From: Bacteroidota bacterium
GTDB lineage: Bacteria > Bacteroidota > Ignavibacteria > UBA10030
NCBI GenBank assembly: GCA_035499415.1
Contig: DATJYV010000184.1
Span: 1 to 55,216 of the forward strand
Direction: 5' to 3'
DNA: 55,216 nt
Part shown: positions 1 to 7,067 of the stretch, piece by piece
Layout: every line of letters begins with the position of its first letter
Position numbering within the stretch: position 1 is the first letter of the stretch
Notes under the pieces: model-generated
Told to the model about the DNA's origin: nothing
The model's database searches: none
Seen by the model: only the letters and a program-made list of their open reading frames with translations
Translations under genes and position numbers: made by a program

Positions 1-552
1 CTCGTAGTACAGTTTCCCTCCCTCCGTGTCGAGCCCCACGACCCACACGCCGGCCTTCTTCAGCGTTTCGAGGGCCTGAACCACGTTTGAGACCCGTGCG
101 ACTGCCACGTGTGATGAGGCCCCCGCAGAAGTCTTCGACACCGTGTCACCGATGGGAGCCGTGTGATGTTTCGGAATGACGGCGCCGTGGACTCCGGCTC
201 CTTCGGCCGTCCGGAGAAGCGCACCGACATTGTGAGGGTCTTCGAGCTGGTCGAGGACGAGGAGAAACGGCGCTTCCGCGCGCTCCTTCGCGATTTCCAA
301 CAAATCTTCAAGTTCCACATACTTCTTCGAGCCGACGACCGCCGCCACTCCCTGGGCCGGCAGGTCGCCGGCGAGCTCGCGAAATCGCTCCTTGCTCGAA
401 CGCACGACCGGTATTCCACGCATCTTGGCGAGCCGATAGATCCCATCGACTGAAGCTCCGCCCGTGCCTTGCGCAATAAAGATCTTTTCGACCTCCACTC
501 CCGCCTTGATTGCTTCCAGCACCGGATGCCTCCCGGCTATAACCTCGCTCAT
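1..552 (-). CDS. rlmB: 23S rRNA (guanosine-2'-O)-methyltransferase, RlmB/SpoU-TrmH family; 3' end cut by the window edge
   Basis: Not in the ORF track because it runs off the left edge. Hand translation of the minus strand from ATG 552 gives MSEVIAGRHPVLEAIKAG...FLLVLDQLEDPHNVGALLRTAEGAGVHGAVIPKHHTAP..., which is an N-terminal substrate-binding domain plus a SpoU methylase core. Its start overlaps the upstream stop (ATGA, 549-552). Confidence 0.85.
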   Translation of the reverse strand, partial: MSEVIAGRHPVLEAIKAGVEVEKIFIAQGTGGASVDGIYRLAKMRGIPVVRSSKERFRELAGDLPAQGVAAVVGSKKYVELEDLLEIAKERAEAPFLLVLDQLEDPHNVGALLRTAEGAGVHGAVIPKHHTAPIGDTVSKTSAGASSHVAVARVSNVVQALETLKKAGVWVVGLDTEGGKLYYE

Positions 553-1010
553 ACCGGCTTCTCGCCTCCCACGTTCTTTTCCTCCGTCGACGATTTTCGT
601 TTCTTCTCCTTCCGTTCCAGATATCTCCCCATTGCAAAAATTCCGCACCCCCCGCCGAAGAAGTAAAGGTCGATCCACATGTTCCCGATCAACCCGTACA
701 TCAAGCCCAACGCAACCGTCAGGAATCCCAACGCTTCGAGAAATTTACCGATGTAGAAGACCCGTGTCGGACGGCGCTCTTCCGCGAGAACTCTCCGCAC
801 TTCGTTTTCGTCCATGCGGCCCTCGAACCGCTTCTTTCCGTCCACGAATATGACTGGGATCGACGCAAGGAATTGATTGTAGCGCGGGTCCTCCGCCGTG
901 AGTTTTGTCTCGATGAAATCGAAGAAGTATTCCTTCTTGAGTCGGGCGAGAAGCTGACGCGCGTTATCGCAAAGGGTGCAATCCGCTGTCGAGAGGAGCT
1001 CGACGGTCAT
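549..1010 (-). CDS. Glutaredoxin-like (thioredoxin-fold, CxxC) protein with a C-terminal membrane anchor
   Basis: ORF-track frame 549..1439 trimmed to ATG 1010; the upstream part is a shadow of lgt. MTVELLSTADCTLCDNARQLL...IPVIFVDGKKRFEG matches a Grx2/DUF836-type pattern. The C-terminal FYIGKFLEALGFLTVALGLMYGLIGNMWIDLYFFGGGCGIFAMG is hydrophobic enough for two helices. Confidence 0.65.
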   Translation of the reverse strand: MTVELLSTADCTLCDNARQLLARLKKEYFFDFIETKLTAEDPRYNQFLASIPVIFVDGKKRFEGRMDENEVRRVLAEERRPTRVFYIGKFLEALGFLTVALGLMYGLIGNMWIDLYFFGGGCGIFAMGRYLERKEKKRKSSTEEKNVGGEKPV

Positions 1011-1831
1011 TTTGAGGGGACGGGGGTTGTGAGACGCGGAAGGACAAACCAGCCGACGCCTCCGACGGCGATGAGGACGATCGAGATGAGCTGGGCTTCG
1101 CTGAGGCCGTATGCGATACGCGGATTGATGCGCAGAAATTCGACCGAGAACCGTTCGATTCCCGCCAACACCAGATAAAGCATGAACAATCGACCCGCGG
1201 GGCCCGTCTGCTTCCGAATCCGCCAGAGATACCAGAAAGCTGCTGCACAAAGGATGAACTCGTAGATCGGGGTCGGGTGACAGGGCGTGTTGTCCGGGAC
1301 GATGCCGTGGGGATAGAGTTTCGTTATCTCGGGAAAATCGCGGAACGCAATGGAGGGGGGATAGGTGCCGTTCGAATAATTTGTTCCCCACGGAAGGGAT
1401 GTCGGGTAGCCGTAGTCCCCGTCTCCCGAGAGATGACATCCAATGCGTCCGATGCCGTATGCGAGGATGAGTCCCGGCGCGGTCGAGTCCGCAATTGTCA
1501 GGAACGGAATCTTCTTTGCGCGGCCGTAGACGTAAATCGAGACAGCCGCAAGGATCAACCCTCCGTAGAATGTCAGCCCGCCGGGAGAGAACGCCATGCC
1601 GGCCGGGTCTCCGACAAACTGCGCCCAGTGTTCGATGAGGTAGAGAATCTTGGAGCCGGAGACGCCGCCGATCAGCGCGATGAGCGTGACGGTATTTGCG
1701 GCGTTCGGGTCGATCCCCCTTCGCTTGAATTCGCTCGTGAGCAAATAGCTCGCCGTAATAAATCCGGTCGCGAGCATCAAACCGTAGCTGTAAATCGGGA
1801 AGGGTCCTATTTGAAAAAGTTTAGGGCACAT
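1007..1831 (-). CDS. lgt: Prolipoprotein diacylglyceryl transferase
   Basis: 274 aa. IGPFPIYSYGLMLATGFI..., GRIGCHLSGDGDYG and a polytopic hydrophobic profile are typical of Lgt. Confidence 0.9.
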   Translation of the reverse strand: MCPKLFQIGPFPIYSYGLMLATGFITASYLLTSEFKRRGIDPNAANTVTLIALIGGVSGSKILYLIEHWAQFVGDPAGMAFSPGGLTFYGGLILAAVSIYVYGRAKKIPFLTIADSTAPGLILAYGIGRIGCHLSGDGDYGYPTSLPWGTNYSNGTYPPSIAFRDFPEITKLYPHGIVPDNTPCHPTPIYEFILCAAAFWYLWRIRKQTGPAGRLFMLYLVLAGIERFSVEFLRINPRIAYGLSEAQLISIVLIAVGGVGWFVLPRLTTPVPSK

Positions 1832-1858
1832 GTTGAGCAGGAGGAGGTTGTCGGCGTT

Positions 1859-2269
1859 TTAACCCGCCATGGGATTGACGCCGTCGCTGTGTGTTGAGAC
1901 GTCGATAAAGGGTTTCGCCGGTTTGCGGAGAACGTCGATGCGCTCTTTGCCGAATCGCATTTCGAACTCATTGATGGATTTATCCTGTTTTCTCACGGCG
2001 AGAATATACGAGCCCGAAAGGCCCGCGAATTCGCGAATCCCGCGTGCGGGACCCGATTCCGGCATCAGAATCGACGGCGCATGCAGGCCGAGGATGTCGA
2101 GATGGATCTCGCCCGGCTTCACCTCGCTCGTCAGAAGGATCTCATACCGGAAACTGACGAAAATGCGCGTCGTCTGGACAAGGAACACCGTCGTCCGTTC
2201 GCGCGTCGCTTCGTCGTACCGGGGATACACATCCAGCGTATATTCCGGACGGCTCCCGGACTTCTTCAT
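1859..2269 (-). CDS. Hypothetical protein (136 aa)
   Basis: ORF-track frame 1859..2503 trimmed to the ATG at 2269, which overlaps the hisS stop (ATGA). Coding-like composition. I recognise no motif. Confidence 0.5.
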   Translation of the reverse strand: MKKSGSRPEYTLDVYPRYDEATRERTTVFLVQTTRIFVSFRYEILLTSEVKPGEIHLDILGLHAPSILMPESGPARGIREFAGLSGSYILAVRKQDKSINEFEMRFGKERIDVLRKPAKPFIDVSTHSDGVNPMAG

Positions 2270-3522
2270 GGACGAGGGGCCGGGATCTCGATCGCGTCGA
2301 GTGAGACCGGAAAGTCCTTGCCGGTCGCCATTTCCTTCATCGCCGCCCGCCCGCTGCGCAGCTCGTCGGCGCCGACCACGATCACATAACGGGCGTTCTG
2401 TCTGTTCGCCTCCCGCATCTGGGATTTGACGCTCCGGCCGAGGTAATCGACCTCGGTGGCGATCCCTTTTGATCGGAGTTCCGCGGCATGGACAAAACTC
2501 CACTCGCGCGACGCCTCGTCCTGCGCAACGATGAACAGGTCGGGGGAAGGAGTTGCGGCTGCGGAACCCCGCACCTCCGCGAGAGCGATGAGGAGCCGCT
2601 CGATACCCGCGGCGAAACCGACGCCCGGAGTCGCCCTGCCGCCAAGCTCCTTGACGAGCAAGTCGTACCGCCCTCCTCCGGCAAGCGCATCCTGGGAGCC
2701 AAGTGCCGGGCTCGAAATCTCAAACGCCGTTTTGGTGTAATAATCGAGCCCCCGGACGAGCCGTCCGTCGATGTCGTACTTGATTCCGACGGCGCCGAGA
2801 TGAAACTGGACGGAAGCGAAATGCGTTCTGCATTCCTCGCAGAGATGGTCCTTGATGAGCGGCATGTGCGCGGTAAGTTTCCGGTCGTTCTCGTCCTTGG
2901 AATCGAGCACCCGCAGGGGATTGTCGTTGACGCGCGCCTGACTCTCGGGGGACAGTTTTGACCGGACTTTCATCAGCTCGGTCTTCAGGAGTTCCTTGTA
3001 TCGCGGCCGGCATTTCTCGCATCCGACCGAGTTGATCTTGACGGAAAATGCGTCGACCCCCAGCCGCCGGTAGATGGAAATGGGAAGGATGATCATTTCA
3101 ACGTCGAGCTGCGGCGAGGACGAGCCGACCGCCTCCGCGCCGAATTGATGGAACTGCCGCAGCCTTCCCGCCTGAGGCCGCTCCTGGCGAAACATGGGGC
3201 CGAGATAGAAAACTTTCGAGAGAGGCGACTGCTCCCCGAGATTGTTCTGGATGTATGCACGAATCGTCGGCGCGGTTCCTTCCGGCCGCATGGTGACGCT
3301 CTCCTTGCCCCGGTCCTGAAAGGTGTACATTTCCTTCGTCACGATGTCCGTGAGCTCGCCGATGCTCCTCGCAAACAGTCCGGTCTCTTCGAGGATCGGT
3401 GTCCGGATTTCACGGTAGTTGAACAAATCCATCTCTCTCCGGATTGTGTTCTCCACATGGAGCCAGAGCGCGGACTCCGACGGAAGAACATCCTTCATTC
3501 CTTTGAGACTTCGGAAGTTCAT
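2266..3522 (-). CDS. hisS: Histidine--tRNA ligase
   Basis: 418 aa. MNFRSLKGMKDVLP N-terminus, class II motifs (FRQERPQAGRLRQFHQFG, GGGRYD) and a C-terminal anticodon-binding domain. Confidence 0.95.
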   Translation of the reverse strand: MNFRSLKGMKDVLPSESALWLHVENTIRREMDLFNYREIRTPILEETGLFARSIGELTDIVTKEMYTFQDRGKESVTMRPEGTAPTIRAYIQNNLGEQSPLSKVFYLGPMFRQERPQAGRLRQFHQFGAEAVGSSSPQLDVEMIILPISIYRRLGVDAFSVKINSVGCEKCRPRYKELLKTELMKVRSKLSPESQARVNDNPLRVLDSKDENDRKLTAHMPLIKDHLCEECRTHFASVQFHLGAVGIKYDIDGRLVRGLDYYTKTAFEISSPALGSQDALAGGGRYDLLVKELGGRATPGVGFAAGIERLLIALAEVRGSAAATPSPDLFIVAQDEASREWSFVHAAELRSKGIATEVDYLGRSVKSQMREANRQNARYVIVVGADELRSGRAAMKEMATGKDFPVSLDAIEIPAPRP

Positions 3523-3639
3523 GGATTTCGGTGGATGGTGGAGCTTCGGCGGCGTTCCGGATGTGGACCGGTAAGAATGAATGACTCGCGCACCGCACCC
3601 GGCCGCACTCTGCGGGCCAGGCCCGCGGGGTTTGTCACG

Positions 3640-4110
3640 CTAGCCCTCGGCGAAGGCCGCTTCTTCCTGGCGGAAGATTTGCAGAACGTCGGCGGGAGAC
3701 TGTGCGTCGAGAAGCCGTCGACGAAAGTCTTCCCGGTTCATCAAACGCGAGATTCGGCTGAGGAGCTTGATGTGCGGACCGACCATGTTGTCGCGGCCGA
3801 CGAGAAGGAACACGATCCGGACGGGCTGTTCGTCGAGCGACTGATAGTCGATCGGCTGGGCGGTCGTCGCCAACGCGGCGACAATGTCCGTCACCGCGTC
3901 GGTCTTGCCGTGCGGAATGGCGAACCCCGACCCCACGCCTGTCGACATGATCTTCTCGCGCTCGAAGATGGCCGCACGCATCTTCTCCTTGTCGACGACT
4001 TTGTCGGATACCGCCGCGAGGTCGATCATCGCGTTGATGATCTCCTCCTTCGTCGTCCCCGGCAATCCCGTCCGCACGACGTTCTCGTTCAGAATATCGG
4101 TGATCTTCAT
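3640..4110 (-). CDS. ptsN: PTS EIIA type-2 / nitrogen-regulatory EIIA(Ntr)-like protein
   Basis: 156 aa. STGVGSGFAIPHGK (phospho-His loop) and VRIVFLLVG are typical of the EIIA(Ntr/Fru/Mtl) fold. Confidence 0.8.
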   Translation of the reverse strand: MKITDILNENVVRTGLPGTTKEEIINAMIDLAAVSDKVVDKEKMRAAIFEREKIMSTGVGSGFAIPHGKTDAVTDIVAALATTAQPIDYQSLDEQPVRIVFLLVGRDNMVGPHIKLLSRISRLMNREDFRRRLLDAQSPADVLQIFRQEEAAFAEG

Positions 4111-4218
4111 TCCTGGCTGGTCAACGCGCGGAAATAAATATCATAGCGAACTTCGTGGAATTTTGCCGGAAAAACAACTGGAAAGCATTTGCCGCCTCCG
4201 ATGGGCGGGCGGCGCAGA

Positions 4219-6726
4219 TCACTCTCCGCGAATCCAGAGCTTGAGCTTCGTTTCGTACTCGTTCGCAAGCTGTTGCGCGAACGAAATATCTTCAGACTCG
4301 GCGTTGATGTGGAAAACCGGACGCGCGTGGTCCGGATTGAGGAGTACCGACGCATGGTGGCCCCCCTGGGCCGGAAAGATCTTGACGCCTTCAATCAGCT
4401 CGCGCCGCTGGGTTTCGGTCTCTTTCATCAACTGCCGAAGCACGCGGCCTTTCACGTGCCAGGGGCAGGGAACGTTCTTCTTGACGAAGCTGAGGCGCGA
4501 GGTCACCCGGTCGAGGTCGCCCAGCTTCTTCCGTGTCAGCGCCATGCACTCAAGCAGTTTCGTGAGCGAATACATGCCGTCCGAGGCGAACAGAAACTCG
4601 TTGAAGATGAACCCCCCTTTCGTCCCTCCGATGAAGGGGATGTCCTTGTCTGTGGCCGCGTCCATGAGTGCCAGATGGCTGTCCCGCGTGCGAACGACCT
4701 CGATCGAAAACTCCGAAGCGATCAGGTCGACCTCACCCGAGGCGGATATCGGGACGGCGACCTTCTTGAGGTGGGGATTGGCGAGCGCGACATATTTCAT
4801 CATGAGCGTCAGCAAACGGTCGTTGTCGACCCCCCGTCCGAATTCATCCACGACGAAAATCTTCTCCGCTCCCGCGTCAAGCATGACGCCGATGTCGAAT
4901 TTGAGGGAGGTAACGATGTTCGCGAGCTGCCGCAGCGATTCCTCGAACTGCTGCCGCGTCCGGGTCAGCTTGTTGCTGTCGAGATACGCGTTCAGCGCGA
5001 CGACCTGCAGGTTCATCGTGCCGAGGATGTTGGGGAATATGGTGGATGCGACGCCGTTCGAGTAGTCGACGACCAGCTTGAGTCCCGATTCGTGGATGAC
5101 GTCGATCTTCACGGAGCCGAGGAATCGTTCGATGTACGTTTCGGTCGTCCGCTCGGGGAACGAGATCGTCCCGACCTTGTCGTAGCTTGCCCGTGCAAAA
5201 TCTTCTCCAAAAAAGAGCCGCTCGACCGATTTGGTCTTGCTCGTCGGCAGGTCTTTTCCCCCCGCGTCGAAGAAGATGACATCGGTCAGGTCTTTGTCGA
5301 ACGGCGATTTGCGGACGTGGATTCCCCCCCGCTCTTTGCCGCTTTTGAGCTCGTGGCGAACGATGGGAATCGACGTCGCCCGAAGGTCGAGGCAGTGAAC
5401 GCCGGCCGACATCAGTCCGGTCATCATCGCGCGATTGACCATGCGCGAGACATTGTCGGAATCGCGGCTCGTGACGACGGTCGAGCCCTGGCCGACGAAC
5501 GCGCCGAAGGCGGCGCCGAGCTTCGCCCCAAACTCCGGGTTCATCTCGATGTTCGAGACGCCGGTGACGCGCGCATCGTTGAAGATCGTCCGCAGCCACC
5601 GGTCTTCCCAGACCAGACTGCGCGAGACGACCGAGCGGTCCTCGACATTTTTTTCCGGCCAGAGTTTGATGTTCGACAGCAGCTTGCTTTTGCCGCCGAC
5701 GATGCATTGGTCCCCGATGAAAACATTCTCGAGAATCACGACCTCGTCGCCGAGGATGCACTTCGAGCAGACGACGTCGGACGAAAGTTCCGACTTGATG
5801 CCGACCTGCGTTCCGTCCCACACGACGGAGTTTCGGATGACGGCGCCCGCGTGGATTTCACAATCGTTTCCGATGATCGAATTGCTGATCATCGCACCGT
5901 CATGGATCTTCGAGTTGTTGCCCACGAGGGCGTGCTGGAGGATCGCCTTGTCCGCGTCGACCTGGCTGTTCTCCCCGACGTAGGAGTCGCCGACCAACCT
6001 CCCTTCCATTTTCAGGTTCACCAGCCCGCGGAGAACGTCGAGGTGCGCGTCCTGATATTCACTCAAGCTGCCGATGTCGCGCCAGTAGCCTTCCGCGATG
6101 TAGCCGTACAGCCCCATATCCCGTTCGAGGAGATACGGAAAAAGATTCTTGCTGAAATCGAATTCTTCCTTCTCGGGAACGAGGTCCATCACATCCGGCT
6201 CGAGGATGTAAATCCCCGTGTTGACGGTATCGCTGAAGACTTCGCCCCATGACGGCTTTTCGAGGAATCGGGTGATCGTGCCGTCGTCGCGCGTCAGGAC
6301 GACGCCGAATTGCAGCGGGTTCGAGACGCGTGTGAGGACAAGGGTGGCTTTTGCTTTCCGCTGTTGATGGAATTTGACGGCAGCCGAGAGGTCGATGTCG
6401 GTCAGCACGTCGCCGCTGATGATGATGAATCGCTCGTCGAGAAAATCGATGGCGGTCCGAACGCTCCCGGCGGTCCCGTAGTCGGCTTCGGCTCTTCGGT
6501 ATTGCATGCGGACGCCGAACTGCGACCCGTCGCCGAAGTAGGACGAGATGATGTCGGGCTGATAAAAGAGGGTGCTGACGAGATTCGTGATGCCGTGGGA
6601 TTTCAGGAGCGCGACGATGTGGGACATCATCGGCCGGTTCATCACGGGGACCATCGGCTTGGGGATATTGCAGGTCAGGGGCCGGAGCCGCGTCCCGAAA
6701 CCACCAGCCATGATGACAGCTTTCAT
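4219..6726 (-). CDS. Sugar-1-phosphate nucleotidyltransferase fused to a left-handed beta-helix and a phosphohexomutase (PGM/PMM)-like four-domain module
   Basis: 835 aa. The N-terminus MKAVIMAGGFGTRLRPLTCNIPKPMVPV is the NTP-transferase signature. Hexapeptide repeats follow (IGNDCEIHAGAVIRNSVVWDGTQVG). The C-terminal half has PGM/PMM domain order, but its loops read GGIHVRKSPFD, LDAGAEK, GGTKGG and LLNPDHARP. Confidence 0.85.
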   Translation of the reverse strand: MKAVIMAGGFGTRLRPLTCNIPKPMVPVMNRPMMSHIVALLKSHGITNLVSTLFYQPDIISSYFGDGSQFGVRMQYRRAEADYGTAGSVRTAIDFLDERFIIISGDVLTDIDLSAAVKFHQQRKAKATLVLTRVSNPLQFGVVLTRDDGTITRFLEKPSWGEVFSDTVNTGIYILEPDVMDLVPEKEEFDFSKNLFPYLLERDMGLYGYIAEGYWRDIGSLSEYQDAHLDVLRGLVNLKMEGRLVGDSYVGENSQVDADKAILQHALVGNNSKIHDGAMISNSIIGNDCEIHAGAVIRNSVVWDGTQVGIKSELSSDVVCSKCILGDEVVILENVFIGDQCIVGGKSKLLSNIKLWPEKNVEDRSVVSRSLVWEDRWLRTIFNDARVTGVSNIEMNPEFGAKLGAAFGAFVGQGSTVVTSRDSDNVSRMVNRAMMTGLMSAGVHCLDLRATSIPIVRHELKSGKERGGIHVRKSPFDKDLTDVIFFDAGGKDLPTSKTKSVERLFFGEDFARASYDKVGTISFPERTTETYIERFLGSVKIDVIHESGLKLVVDYSNGVASTIFPNILGTMNLQVVALNAYLDSNKLTRTRQQFEESLRQLANIVTSLKFDIGVMLDAGAEKIFVVDEFGRGVDNDRLLTLMMKYVALANPHLKKVAVPISASGEVDLIASEFSIEVVRTRDSHLALMDAATDKDIPFIGGTKGGFIFNEFLFASDGMYSLTKLLECMALTRKKLGDLDRVTSRLSFVKKNVPCPWHVKGRVLRQLMKETETQRRELIEGVKIFPAQGGHHASVLLNPDHARPVFHINAESEDISFAQQLANEYETKLKLWIRGE

Positions 6727-6809
6727 TCGACGATGCCGAGTCGGACGAGCGTGTGAGGTCGACGAACTGCGGGGGTTGTGTGGTGGTGAATTTCTCTCAA
6801 CCCTCGCAA

Positions 6810-6838
6810 ATATTAGAGAAAAAGAGAGAAAGGGGCAA
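6810..6838 (-). promoter_or_regulatory. Sigma70-type promoter candidate for the nucleotidyltransferase fusion gene
   Basis: On the minus strand: TTGCCC-N17-TAATAT, about 80 nt upstream of ATG 6726, in an AT-rich intergenic patch. Confidence 0.35.
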
Positions 6839-7030
6839 GCAAGCGTGACAAAAACGCGCCACTTTGCTCCCAGGAAAGTGAGCGCGCGCGCAATCTCATG
6901 AACCTCCGGACTTCGTTGAAGGACCGAAGGCAGCCGGGAACCGTTCCCGCAGGGTACTTGTCGCTATTATTGACGAATGATCGATTGTTCTTGCTCCATC
7001 GCATCCAACATAATTTCGTCAATCAGTTTC

Positions 7031-7059
7031 TTGACTTTCCCTCAATAATTGGCTAATTT
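7031..7059 (+). promoter_or_regulatory. Sigma70-type promoter candidate for the GAF-GGDEF gene
   Basis: TTGACT (7031-7036)-N17-TAATTT (7054-7059). Confidence 0.4.
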
Positions 7060-7067
7060 CACCAAGA

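Noticed and set aside
60-476. ORF-track calls 60..476(-), 163..453(+) and 308..637(-) at the left edge.
   Set aside because: They are in the wrong frames or on the wrong strand. The third minus-strand frame from ATG 552 to position 1 encodes an RlmB/SpoU methyltransferase.
549-1439. Long N-terminal extensions in many ORF-track calls. Examples are 549..1439, 1859..2503, 15001..15534, 15441..16355, 16247..17269, 22926..24296, 24145..27087, 37476..38468, 47779..48963 and 50258..51622.
   Set aside because: The extensions overlap the preceding gene out of frame, are Arg/Pro-rich, and precede an internal ATG (or GTG/TTG) where family N-termini align. I trimmed the starts accordingly.
4189-6252. 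687-aa ORF on the plus strand, opposite the nucleotidyltransferase fusion gene.
   Set aside because: It is a typical GC-rich antisense shadow: Arg/Asp/Val-rich with no motifs. The minus-strand frame has unmistakable NTP-transferase and PGM/PMM-like motifs.
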